Assembly: GCF_018336915.1 (NCBI RefSeq)
Contig: NZ_CP064926.1
Coordinates: forward strand, 120,001 to 152,000
Source: Acaryochloris marina S15
GTDB lineage: Bacteria; Cyanobacteriota; Cyanobacteriia; Thermosynechococcales; Thermosynechococcaceae
DNA: 32,000 nucleotides
Reading direction: 5' to 3'
In this document: positions 6,157 through 15,174 of the stretch, piece after piece
How positions within the stretch are numbered: the first letter of the stretch is position 1
How the letters are laid out: each line of letters opens with the position of its first letter
Notes under the pieces: model-generated
What the model saw: the letters and a program-made list of their open reading frames with translations, nothing else
Database searches by the model: none
Told to the model about the DNA's origin: nothing
Translations under genes and position numbers: made by a program

Positions 6157-8304
6157 GTGGAGCCGGGGACTTTTCTTGCAGCAGAAGCCATAAAAGGATT
6201 CGTTGGCCTTGCGGTCAGGGTCTTTGGTGACATGGCTGACATCAAACTTGATGAACCCTTTAGACAACTGCTGTTCAGTGCCACTAAAAAATATGTTCAA
6301 ACCTACACAGAGCGCCACGGCCATGTCCAGGTTCTAGGGATGTCAAAACCCATTCCCTTAGACGATATTTATTCTGGTGCCTGGATGTTAGACTCGGCAG
6401 CGCTGAAAAGTTATGCTTCCCAATCTGACTTAGAAGAAACCTACCGCAACAAGGGACAACGACGCTTTCGAGACTACAGCTGTCCCAAGCGCAATGGGAT
6501 TGAGATTGCCAGGGACAAAGATTGTGCACGCTTGATTGTTCTGGGTGATCCAGGTATCGGTAAGTCTACCTTTTTGCGAAAGGTGGGACTGGAAGCCCTT
6601 AAAGGTAATGCAGGAGACTATCAACTCCCACATATCCCCGTCTTCTTAGAATTAAAGCGGTTCAGATCCACTGAGGTAGATTTGAAAGCCTCAATTACCG
6701 AAGAATTTGAGAACTGTGGCTTTCCTAGCCCTGAAGGGTTCACTGAAAACGCATTAAAGAAGGGACAGCTTCTGCTTCTGTTTGATGGCCTAGATGAAGT
6801 TCCCGCCGACAATCTCAATACTATTATTGAGAGTATTCAGAACTTAGTGGATCGGTATTCAGAGAATCGGTTTATAGCCTCCTGCCGGATTGCTGCCTAT
6901 CACACCTATTTCAAGCGGGTGAGTACAGTTGCGATAGCAGAATTTGATGATGACCAAATTGAGCGGTTTATTTATAATTGGTTTTCCTCAAAACTGGATC
7001 GGGAGTATCAGACAGCAGAGCAATGCTGGGAACGGTTGCAACAGCCTGTAAATAAAGGATCAAAAGAACTGGCTCAATCCCCATTGCTATTAACCTTTAT
7101 CTGCCTGGTGTACAACAAATCCCTGACGGTCCCTAGCAACCGAACCACACTCTACAGCAGAGCTTTAGATATTTTGCTAGAAGAATGGGCCACTGAGAAG
7201 AGAGTTGGCCGGGGTGAAATATACGAAGGATTCCACGCGGACCTAGAGAAGGAATTATTGGCAAAGATTGCCTATGAAGGCTTTGAGAACGATCAACTAT
7301 TTTTCTCAAAAGAACAACTCATCAAGTACATAACTGTTTTCTTAGGCGATACTCTTGATGCCCCCAAGAATCTCAATGCATCAGCCGTATTGGAAGCTAT
7401 TGAAGTGCAGCAAGGCATTTTGGTCGAACGAGCGACGGATGTCTATTCGTTTTCCCATTTAACCCTTCAGGAATTTTTAGCGGCGAAATACATTGTCACC
7501 CGGAATTTACAGAAGGATTTAGTTGAACTTTACCTTCTCGATTTCCGCTGGCGGGAAGTCTTTCTCCTAGTTGCTGGGTTGATGAAAGGGGGTGCGATCA
7601 GATTCTTGCAACAATTGGAGGGACAAACTCAAACGCTATCTAAAAATCCACAGTTAAAGGGATTGCTGGCTTGGGCTGAGGTTAAGACATCTCATACAGC
7701 CAGTGGCTACTCCGGGGAAGTGAAGCGAATATTTGCCTTAGTACTGATCTTTTACCTCGCCCTCGCAATCACCTGGGCCAGGACTTCAGACTTCGACCTC
7801 TCTGGTGACTTCGCCCGCGCTAGAGTTTGCATCCTTGCCAGCGACCTCACCAGCGACCTTACCAGCAACCCCGACTTCGTCCTTGCCAGCACCTCCGGCC
7901 TCGCTCTTGCCCTCGCCACCGCCAGAGCTAGCGGCAGCAACAACACCCTCGCCAACAACCCCAGCCTCGTCCTCGCCAACAACCTCGGTCTCGCCCTTGC
8001 CAGCGCAAAATTCACCATGAATAATCAACCTATTTCAGATGTCGATCTTCAACCCCTCATCTCATATCTAGAAAGATCATTTGAAGCTTCAAAAAGTACA
8101 GCCGAAGAACTCACTTCAATAAGTAGCTCATCTCTAGATATCTCTCCAAAATTCTTTGATCTGTCCACAGATGATTTACAAGCGTTCACCAACTACCTCT
8201 CCACCTACCAACTCATGATTGATTGCAGCAAACAAGCCAGTGGACTATCCGCACAACAGTGGGAGGCCATCAAGCAGCGGATGTTTTTACCCCCTCAGTC
8301 TTGA
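6157..8304 (+). CDS. NACHT/STAND NTPase with cyanobacterial-type C-terminal helical tail
   Basis: Walker A GDPGIGKST (6544-6570) and Walker B LLLLFDGLDEV. Further motifs: SCRIAAYH, AQSPLLLTFICLVY, YSFSHLTLQEFLAAKY. The tail ends with YQLMIDCSKQASGLSAQQWEAIKQRMFLPP, which resembles tails I recall from cyanobacterial NACHT proteins. GTG start at 6157; an alternative ATG lies at 6232. Confidence 0.9.
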   Translation: MEPGTFLAAEAIKGFVGLAVRVFGDMADIKLDEPFRQLLFSATKKYVQTYTERHGHVQVLGMSKPIPLDDIYSGAWMLDSAALKSYASQSDLEETYRNKGQRRFRDYSCPKRNGIEIARDKDCARLIVLGDPGIGKSTFLRKVGLEALKGNAGDYQLPHIPVFLELKRFRSTEVDLKASITEEFENCGFPSPEGFTENALKKGQLLLLFDGLDEVPADNLNTIIESIQNLVDRYSENRFIASCRIAAYHTYFKRVSTVAIAEFDDDQIERFIYNWFSSKLDREYQTAEQCWERLQQPVNKGSKELAQSPLLLTFICLVYNKSLTVPSNRTTLYSRALDILLEEWATEKRVGRGEIYEGFHADLEKELLAKIAYEGFENDQLFFSKEQLIKYITVFLGDTLDAPKNLNASAVLEAIEVQQGILVERATDVYSFSHLTLQEFLAAKYIVTRNLQKDLVELYLLDFRWREVFLLVAGLMKGGAIRFLQQLEGQTQTLSKNPQLKGLLAWAEVKTSHTASGYSGEVKRIFALVLIFYLALAITWARTSDFDLSGDFARARVCILASDLTSDLTSNPDFVLASTSGLALALATARASGSNNTLANNPSLVLANNLGLALASAKFTMNNQPISDVDLQPLISYLERSFEASKSTAEELTSISSSSLDISPKFFDLSTDDLQAFTNYLSTYQLMIDCSKQASGLSAQQWEAIKQRMFLPPQS
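7780..8010 (+). repeat. low-complexity Leu/Ala/Ser/Asn/Asp repeat tract inside the NACHT gene
   Basis: Encodes SDFDLSGDFARARVCILASDLTSDLTSNPDFVLASTSGLALALATARASGSNNTLANNPSLVLANNLGLALASA. The DNA is built from recurring CTTGCCAGC, CTCGCC and AACAAC units with strongly C-ending codons. Three other frames are also stop-free here (track ORFs 7752..8018 -, 7786..8028 -, 7805..8020 +). Confidence 0.7.
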
Positions 8305-8512
8305 ACCTCTAATTGATGGAGAGAGGGCTGATCGACGTTGGAGCGCACCTGCATTAATAAACCCCGGAGAGGGGGACTTTCCGGGGCTAGGAACTTTTAC
8401 GTAGTGAACGCAATAGCTTATCTCTGGTTACAGCTTGCCAAATCAACGTAAAGAAGCCGTGAAAACCTCTGTATATCAAGAGTTTGTGCAGCCTCATACC
8501 ATTAGCTTCAGC

Positions 8513-10897
8513 CTAAAACCCCATCCCTAAATCGGCCTCTCTGCTTTGCTTAGATTTGCGTTGCTCAGTAACCCCTTTCACTGGCGACTTTTTTGAGCTG
8601 GCCTGCGCCTCCTTTGGTTGGTAATCTGTGTGCTTCACAGTCTCAACTTGTTCAATGATCCGATCCTTATAATCTTTCGGTAATTTATCCATATACGACT
8701 CGCCAGACCCGCTTAAATGAGATGTATCCTGACTCTGCTCATACAGAACACTGCTGTTCCCTGTGCCATCTTGCCGGGAAATCACAACGTCGCCAGGGAC
8801 AGCGAGAGCCGTCAAACCATCACCTAAATCCAACTTGCTAAAACCTTCCTTTAACTCACCCTGTCGTAACGTAGCTTGTTCAATGGCATCGAAAAAGGCT
8901 TTGTTCTCAGCATGTCGTTCGGTCGTCAATGGGGGGATATCTGCATCCATGCCGTCCATATCGATAGATCCAAGTGGTTGAGAAAGCATATCGAAAATGG
9001 ACATTTCCTGATCGGGTTCGTTATTGATATCGATACCGACATTATCAGCAAGCGATCTGTTGTCCAATTCCTGCACCTCCCCCGTGATAGCTGCTTTCAC
9101 TTCGAGAGATAGCTTGTCTCTAAAAGTCTCACTATTACCCGGCAGATGACAGGTTTCCTGCTCCTGTTCATATAGGATCGTAGGCTCACCATTGATTTCC
9201 TTGGAAATGATCACAGAATCTTGCCATGTGTATATTTGGTGACCATCAGGCAGCTCCAAAGAAACAACATCACCCCTGTCTATCGAGCCATGATCTAAGG
9301 CTGCACTTTGGGCCAACTCGAAGAAATTAGCGTTAGCGTTCTGCCCCAAATCATTGACAGGGCTATCTTTCTCCTCACTCCGCTGCAACTCCCATTTGTA
9401 TTTAATCGATTCAATCATCGATAGCTCATATTCATCTGCGATAGATTGCTCAACCCCTGGACTACCAGGCATGGCTAGCTTTGCAACATTCTTTATGCCT
9501 TTGGCCGCTTTCTGAAAGAAGTTTTCGCTTTGACCTGGATCGGAAGGACTAACCTCAGTCGGCTCAACAATTTCAAGACCAAATTCATCAGCAATTTCCT
9601 GAGCGGTTGGCATTGGCTGAGGTATTTCGCCATTGTTAGGCAGTGGAGGCAACCCGATAAATGCTCGACCCTCATTGTCCAAAACTGATGCAGCATCAGG
9701 CAATGGCTCAGCATCCAGGTCTGTGCCTGGGTCATACCGCTCGGCGGCTAATTCCTCCTCATAATCCAGAGGCAAAGTGTCTTCAAGAGTGATAGCAGGC
9801 TCCTCCATGCCCTCGGCTGTCAGATCATCGCCATTCCGGTAAACCTCCTTATCCATGATCTGATCGGCCTGGTCAAATAGCTCCTTCAGTTCACCGTCTC
9901 CACGTCCAGCTAACTCATCATTCGTTCGCCTCAGTACCTCAAGATTTTGCTCAATCCGTTCCTTTGCACCTCCACCAGAGCCAACCATGCCTGGGGAATC
10001 CTGCTTGAGTTGTTCGAGTCCTTGAGAAAACGTTTTCAGAACAGCCTCATTCCCTCCGTATCGGTCGATATCGTCTATCTCCTTGGCCTGCTCCAAGGTA
10101 GTGAGAGCTTCCATCAAAGCATCGCGCTCCTCGCCTGACATCTGATTGGAAATGCCAGGGACAAACCCATTAGGCGTTTCTTTGTGAGAGGTGTATCGCC
10201 ATGATGCATCCCCGTCGCTGTAGACTCTCATCACCTCAACCCGATCATCGTTCTGGTCAATTGCCAGCTTGATACCGTTGCTGGCTTCATGCACAAAGGC
10301 AGAATCTTGACCCATGCCCCTTGCTTCTAAGGCTTTACGAATTCTGTCAGGTGAAATGCTGCGTTGCTGGCCGTATCTCTCTGATGGTGTGACACCATCG
10401 GGTTGACGCAGTTGGGCAAAGCTCAGATCCTTTCGGTTGAGTTCAGTCGCAAACCCCATATCTGCTGCCACAATTTGCAGTACCCCTCGTTGCTCAGACC
10501 AGACGTGTTCGGGAACGTCGGCATATTGCTCTCTTTGCTCACCAGTCCGGTACATATCGCGATCATGGGCCAACACATCGGCTAGTCCTGGGTAGGTGAT
10601 GTATGCCGATCTGATGTCGTTGATTTGCTGATTGTCCCTTGTCCAGATACCAAGAGGCGAATGCAGCTGTGAAGTCTCTCCCTCTTGCTGCCCAATGGAA
10701 AAAGATGGGCCTCCCTGTTGCCTAACTACTTCGGTCGATATGGCTCTCAGGACTTCAGAGGCGTTGTAATGAAAGACTTGGGCTTGGGAACCTCTGAGGT
10801 AGTCTAGTGAGTCTTCGGTCGCAACGTGCTTGTAGTGGTTCAGTGTAGCTTGCAGTGCTTCGACTTCGGCGGGCGTCAGGTCTAGTTCAAGTTTCAT
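8513..10897 (-). CDS. large acidic hypothetical protein (794 aa) with internal ~84-aa tandem-type duplication
   Basis: A long uninterrupted ORF, visibly rich in D/E, with no P-loop or other catalytic motif that I recognise. Two homologous modules share motifs: FFELAQSAAL...VIISKEINGEPTILYEQEQETCHLPGNSETFRDKL (aa 525-608, nt 9074-9325) and FFDAIEQATL...VVISRQDGTGNSSVLYEQSQDTSHLSGSGESYMDKL (aa 668-751, nt 8645-8896). Confidence 0.8.
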   Translation of the reverse strand: MKLELDLTPAEVEALQATLNHYKHVATEDSLDYLRGSQAQVFHYNASEVLRAISTEVVRQQGGPSFSIGQQEGETSQLHSPLGIWTRDNQQINDIRSAYITYPGLADVLAHDRDMYRTGEQREQYADVPEHVWSEQRGVLQIVAADMGFATELNRKDLSFAQLRQPDGVTPSERYGQQRSISPDRIRKALEARGMGQDSAFVHEASNGIKLAIDQNDDRVEVMRVYSDGDASWRYTSHKETPNGFVPGISNQMSGEERDALMEALTTLEQAKEIDDIDRYGGNEAVLKTFSQGLEQLKQDSPGMVGSGGGAKERIEQNLEVLRRTNDELAGRGDGELKELFDQADQIMDKEVYRNGDDLTAEGMEEPAITLEDTLPLDYEEELAAERYDPGTDLDAEPLPDAASVLDNEGRAFIGLPPLPNNGEIPQPMPTAQEIADEFGLEIVEPTEVSPSDPGQSENFFQKAAKGIKNVAKLAMPGSPGVEQSIADEYELSMIESIKYKWELQRSEEKDSPVNDLGQNANANFFELAQSAALDHGSIDRGDVVSLELPDGHQIYTWQDSVIISKEINGEPTILYEQEQETCHLPGNSETFRDKLSLEVKAAITGEVQELDNRSLADNVGIDINNEPDQEMSIFDMLSQPLGSIDMDGMDADIPPLTTERHAENKAFFDAIEQATLRQGELKEGFSKLDLGDGLTALAVPGDVVISRQDGTGNSSVLYEQSQDTSHLSGSGESYMDKLPKDYKDRIIEQVETVKHTDYQPKEAQASSKKSPVKGVTEQRKSKQSREADLGMGF

Positions 10898-11353
10898 GAA
10901 AATAGCTCCGATGTGAGTAAAATTCTCGACATCAGAGCTTACGGTTTTGAGTTTTTATTTGGCTGAATTCAGAACAGGGAAAGCGATTCTTCGTTTTATG
11001 TGGCTAGGATAGGTAATACAGAATCTCTATAGATTCTAAAATCTTGGAATTAATCTTACGGTCAATTGACCAATAAACGCTATAGAGATGCAAAAAAACT
11101 TTGGAGACATTTACCCATCCTGGACTTCTCACAAGCATCTACTAGATTCACCTTTAATCTAAACTCTGCAATGCTGACAGAGAAATCCGTAAAACAGCAC
11201 GCTGCAACTCTGGTTGATCTTCGGTATTTCTAATATCTAACCAGTCATAGTTCACCGGACATAAACAACTTTTGTCACTTAATCAACCATGTCACCGCAT
11301 GTCGTTCTAGCACAGCGCAGTTATTAAATTGCCGACATCGTAGTGCGATGAAA

Positions 11354-12397
11354 CTAGGGATTATCCACTCTAGTTAGTTTCATACCAAGCCCCTTGAAAT
11401 AGTTAACAAGAGCGTCTGTATACACTTTTCTATTTTCAATTTCTACTATCTTGAGTAACTCTTTACCAGAAGTAGATAATTGAACACCATTTATTCTGAG
11501 TTCTTTTGTAAGCGGCCAATCATTAGGTTTGTCGGGAATAAGCATCCAATAAGCATTATTGACTTGAAGAAGCGAGGATATCTGATTGTTTCTTGAAATT
11601 GCAGATCTATAGTCCATATAAGAATTGTAGTCTGAAATTATCAGCCCATACTCCTCTAAGATATTGAGATTGCTGAAACTAAGTCCAAATTTATCGAGCG
11701 AGTTATGAGCTGCATTTCTACCTAAAGATGGCACCCTTGTATCAAGGACAAATGCACCATACCCTAAAGTCACAGACAGAGAACAGAGTTGCTTAAATAG
11801 TTTTGCCGCTTTGTTGTCTAGTTGACCCATTATTCTTACAGTTCGAATTGAGAATGACTCAGGCTTCTTGATTTCTTCCGCAAGAATGCGACCAAAGAGT
11901 ATCTGCATCTCTTCACTACTCTTCCCACATGCTTCTCGTCGGAAGCTATCAAGCCAGTCATCGCTAATCAGAGCTTCTGCTTGGTCAGATTGCTCAGAAC
12001 AGTCAATATCGTTGAGTTCTTCTCTGACTTGTGCCACGTCTTGGGCTGCCATATTGCAGACCTTATCAATATTTATCTGCTCTTGAAGAATTCGTTTTCC
12101 ATATTTCTCTGAAGCAATTCGACCATATTCAGGATCAACATTTATTTGTCTCGCAATCTGCTCTGCATTAGCCGAAATAAGATGGATACGAGCCTGTGTT
12201 TCAGCCCGTCGCTCAGCCGCTTTCCCCTCCAGGTATGAAACTGGAATATCTATAGCAGCCGTGCAGAGCCGATCAAAAGCTTTAAAAACATTCTTTCTTA
12301 TTGGCGCTGGAATAGAAGTTGCACTATTTAAAGCTAAGTCTGATACCGCATCTGTAATAGGAGTAAGGGAACTCGTCGCTTTTTTAATGTCACTCAT
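11354..12397 (-). CDS. DUF2806-type protein
   Basis: The central motif SDDWLDSFRREACGKSSEEMQILFGRILAEEIKKPESFSIRTVRIMGQLDNKAAKLFKQLC matches the DUF2806 signature as I remember it (DDW..F....S.EEMQ.LW..ILAGE...PGSFS.RT). The gene and both flanks are visibly more AT-rich than neighbouring genes. Confidence 0.65.
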   Translation of the reverse strand: MSDIKKATSSLTPITDAVSDLALNSATSIPAPIRKNVFKAFDRLCTAAIDIPVSYLEGKAAERRAETQARIHLISANAEQIARQINVDPEYGRIASEKYGKRILQEQINIDKVCNMAAQDVAQVREELNDIDCSEQSDQAEALISDDWLDSFRREACGKSSEEMQILFGRILAEEIKKPESFSIRTVRIMGQLDNKAAKLFKQLCSLSVTLGYGAFVLDTRVPSLGRNAAHNSLDKFGLSFSNLNILEEYGLIISDYNSYMDYRSAISRNNQISSLLQVNNAYWMLIPDKPNDWPLTKELRINGVQLSTSGKELLKIVEIENRKVYTDALVNYFKGLGMKLTRVDNP

Positions 12398-12757
12398 CTA
12401 TCTAATTTATTACCTCGCCGCAATAAGCTAGAGCTTATAGTTGATATTAACGAGTTCAGTAAATCTGGTTAGGGCAAGATAAATATACATATACATCAAA
12501 CTTTCATATACCCCCTCAATATAAGAAATTGAATGCCAATTGCCACCTAAATCCTCCTCAAAGAGCCTGTATATCAAATGTTGAAAACACCTCTATCCAC
12601 ATCCCTGTTGTAACAAATCTTCGAACAATTGTAATGTCCCCCTATAGAACATATGCAGACTAATTCAAGGGAAAAATACATTAGGTCAGGTTTGAGCATG
12701 TCCATCTATATTGCAAAAGAAAGAAAGCAAGCTTGAATAGGGCGATAGTCTAAGAGC

Positions 12758-13021
12758 TTAAACTTTGATAACCCCATGACCCATAATAAATTCCTTGGCA
12801 GTCTTCACCGCTAGATCCTCGCTAGCATTTGAGGCATCCAATCCTTTATCAGCACCGTAATCTTTGCCTGGGTCTATCAATATGCTTTCTTGGCAATCTA
12901 AAACAACAAACTTGTAGCCTCCATTAAACTGCTTTAGTGGAAGAATAAAATAAATCTTGTCGTTGAACTGAAATTCTATCGGTTTACCAAAAGCATCCAA
13001 ACCTGTTGATGGACTAAGCAT
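12758..13021 (-). CDS. hypothetical protein (87 aa)
   Basis: Track ORF on the same strand as its neighbours. It has no recognisable motif and is AT-rich. Confidence 0.4.
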   Translation of the reverse strand: MLSPSTGLDAFGKPIEFQFNDKIYFILPLKQFNGGYKFVVLDCQESILIDPGKDYGADKGLDASNASEDLAVKTAKEFIMGHGVIKV

Positions 13022-13307
13022 ACCAATCCTTTATGTTCATTAATGTGTCTAATTTAATGATGGCTTATATTTCCTTAACCGCCCAGGCGGTTAAGGCTTT
13101 GCTGAACTACTTAATGGCCATAAACAAACTAAGCTGCGATTTCCCGCCATTTAGTATAAGTGTACTTATTATATCTACCAATTTTGGTCATCACAGCGAT
13201 CAGATGTTGGATCTATTTTTAGTAGAGTCAGATTATTGAAAATTTCTGAAAAGCTATCTATGTATAAGTTATGAGTGTAGTTGGCGTCTTATCACAGCCT
13301 TGATCGT

Positions 13308-14182
13308 TTACGGCCAATAGGGTTGCAATCCCCGTTGCCACAGATGCGCAAAGAACAGTGACCAAGCTGCCTCCGATTCTTGCGTCGCCATTTCATAATG
13401 AAGCACCGTTTGGGTGCCATCGGGCCACACTGCCATAGCGACTAGAATGACTCGGTCTTCCGCATGACGTAGTTTCCGGATATGCCCAGCTTGGTCTTCC
13501 CAAAAGTCTTCTGAGGAACACTGAACACTAGCCCAAACACCATCGACAATCAGAATAGGAGGGGTTTCCTCATACCAAGCTGTGCCTGAAGATGTAACTC
13601 TCAAACTCGTGAAACCCAATACTGAGTTGGCTTAGCAAATAATCAAAATTACACTCTTAGGTGCTAATTGATATCAAGACGAGTCTGACGGCTTTGAAAC
13701 ATTTGCTTCTGAGCTTTTAGCGTAATTCGGTTAATGGCATTAACGGATAAGACTGCTCCTAGAATCTCATAGAGAGCTTCTTGCAAGTCCCGAAGCGATA
13801 AACCCATGACATACAGGCCCAGGCAAAAATCGAGGAGACTGCCAAGGGCACGTTGGTAACGTTCTAAAATCTGCCACTCTCGGTCTGCATTCCCTTTCCG
13901 TAGCTTAGGGACAGACAGCTGAGCAATACGGCCGTATTGAGTATCGAGGACCCGTTGATAGTAGCCTGAACGTCGAGGTCGATCCCCTTGAACCTCTGAT
14001 AGATAGGCTTGAACTTCTTCGTCTAGTGCTGCCTCTATTATTTTCTGAGTGACTTGGCTTGCTTCCAGGCGTAGGGTTGCTTCCAGGGCTTCGTTAATAG
14101 AGGCATAGGAGCTTTGGGACTGGATGCGGATAATCTGTTGTTCGCGCTGGGCAATGTTCATCAAGAAATGCTCTGAAGTCAC
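13308..14182 (-). pseudogene. IS256/Mutator-family transposase remnant (frameshifted and 3'-truncated)
   Basis: Two ORFs lie in different frames. ORF 13664..14182 has the family's N-terminal motifs (RRSGYYQRVLDTQYGRIAQLSVPKLRKGN; YVMGLSLRDLQEAL). ORF 13308..13619 continues the protein (ILIVDGVWASV..., VILVAMAVWPDGTQTVLHYEMATQESEAAWSLFFAHLWQRGL) and then stops. The second half of the DDE domain is missing, and I found no inverted terminal repeats. Confidence 0.8.
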
Positions 14183-14291
14183 TATTAATACAGCATTTCA
14201 GGAATTTCAACTCATGGCGAATAAATCGGGACACTACGGGAGAATTCTATAGTCAATCTCTTCGGATAAGTCAGGGGTTGATTGAGTGATT

Positions 14292-14311
14292 TGCAACTAA
14301 AACTAGTTGCA
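14292..14311 (+). promoter_or_regulatory. palindrome upstream of hicA (candidate HicB operator)
   Basis: TGCAACTA-AAAC-TAGTTGCA forms 8-bp arms, ending 47 nt upstream of the hicA ATG. Confidence 0.3.
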
Positions 14312-14357
14312 GTTATTTATAAGATCCGAGATAATATAACCAGTTCTGGTCTTTGAT

Positions 14358-14621
14358 ATGACTCGTAAAGAGAAGCTGATTAAACGCTTTCTCACCCGCC
14401 CCAAAGACTTTACCTGGGACGAGTTAGTTGTGTTGCTTGCCTTTTTTCAATTTTCTGAAGTATCGACGGGTAAAACGGGGGGTTCTAGAAGACGTTTCAT
14501 CAATGAAGAGGGTCTTGTGATCAGCCTTCATAAACCCCATCCACGAAAGATATTAAAGAAATATCAGATTGAACAAGTCATGGACATTCTTGAACAGGAG
14601 GGGCTGCTATGCAAAATATGA
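14358..14621 (+). CDS. hicA: HicA-family toxin (long-form, YcfA-like)
   Basis: 87 aa. KLIKRFLTRPKDFTWDELVVLLAFFQF...TGKTGGSRRRF...ISLHKPHP...ILKKYQIEQVMDILEQEGLL matches the HicA-like layout. It overlaps the downstream HicB-like gene by 13 nt. GGSRRRF stands where many HicA proteins have GSH. Confidence 0.7.
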   Translation: MTRKEKLIKRFLTRPKDFTWDELVVLLAFFQFSEVSTGKTGGSRRRFINEEGLVISLHKPHPRKILKKYQIEQVMDILEQEGLLCKI

Positions 14622-14950
14622 TGGAATACCAAGGCTACTTTGGCTCCGTTAATTTCAGTGATGAGGATGAAGTATTCTTTGGAAAGGTTGAGTTCATTCG
14701 CAGCCTAATTAGCTATGAGGGCACTGACGTTCAATCTCTAAAATCAGCTTTTCATGAAGCCGTTGATGAATATCATTCTGATTGTGCTGAAAACGAAATT
14801 GAGCCTGAACGTCCCTTTAAGGGAAGCTTCAATATTAGACCTGGAACTCAACTTCATAGACGGGCTGCGATCGCTGCTCAGCAACGAGGGATTAATCTTA
14901 ATACACTAGTAACTGAAGCGTTGGAGAATTATCTACAACCATTAAAATAG
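14609..14950 (+). CDS. hicB: HicB-family antitoxin with C-terminal RHH-like DNA-binding tail
   Basis: MEYQGYFGSVNFSDEDEVFFGKVEFIRSLISYEGTDVQSLKSAFHEAVDEYHSDCAENEIEPERPFKGSFNIRPGTQLHRRAAIAAQQRGINLNTLV is the canonical HicB pattern. AGGAGG lies upstream of the ATG at 14609. Confidence 0.8.
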   Translation: MQNMMEYQGYFGSVNFSDEDEVFFGKVEFIRSLISYEGTDVQSLKSAFHEAVDEYHSDCAENEIEPERPFKGSFNIRPGTQLHRRAAIAAQQRGINLNTLVTEALENYLQPLK

Positions 14951-15088
14951 CAGACTGAATTACTTCAAATATTTCTCTTCTCATTAACTGAATGTCGTCT
15001 ATGAAAATATACGGGAGGGGATTGACAACTAAACTAATAGTCTCGTTTTGGTTGCAATATTTACCAATGCAAGTACAATTAGCTGAGT

Positions 15089-15110
15089 TGAACCACATCG
15101 TTGTGGTTCA
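15089..15110. promoter_or_regulatory. candidate parS/centromere palindrome, copy 1 (upstream of parA)
   Basis: TGAACCACATCGTTGTGGTTCA carries the 8-bp arms GAACCACA/TGTGGTTC. It ends 65 nt upstream of the parA start. A near-identical copy lies at 16516-16537. Confidence 0.55.
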
Positions 15111-15174
15111 TAGACAGAAAACTTTCAAATTTAGTAATCTAGTTGAGCTCTAAACTTAGTTTATCGAGATTCAG

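Noticed and set aside
7752-8028. Three extra ORFs in the track (7752..8018 -, 7786..8028 -, 7805..8020 +)
   Set aside because: All three coincide with the low-complexity repeat tract of the NACHT gene, and their products are Ala/Arg/Pro/Gly runs. They are stop-free by composition, not independent genes.
8362-8386. Hairpin CCCCGG-13 nt-CCGGGG between the convergent NACHT and 794-aa genes as a bidirectional terminator
   Set aside because: The stem is short, the loop is large, and there is no flanking T or A tract on either side. This is not enough to call a terminator.
14898-15098. Minus-strand 66-aa ORF between hicB and parA
   Set aside because: It overlaps the 3' end of hicB and the candidate parS region. 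The sequence is AT-rich, which generates chance ORFs, and it has no RBS.
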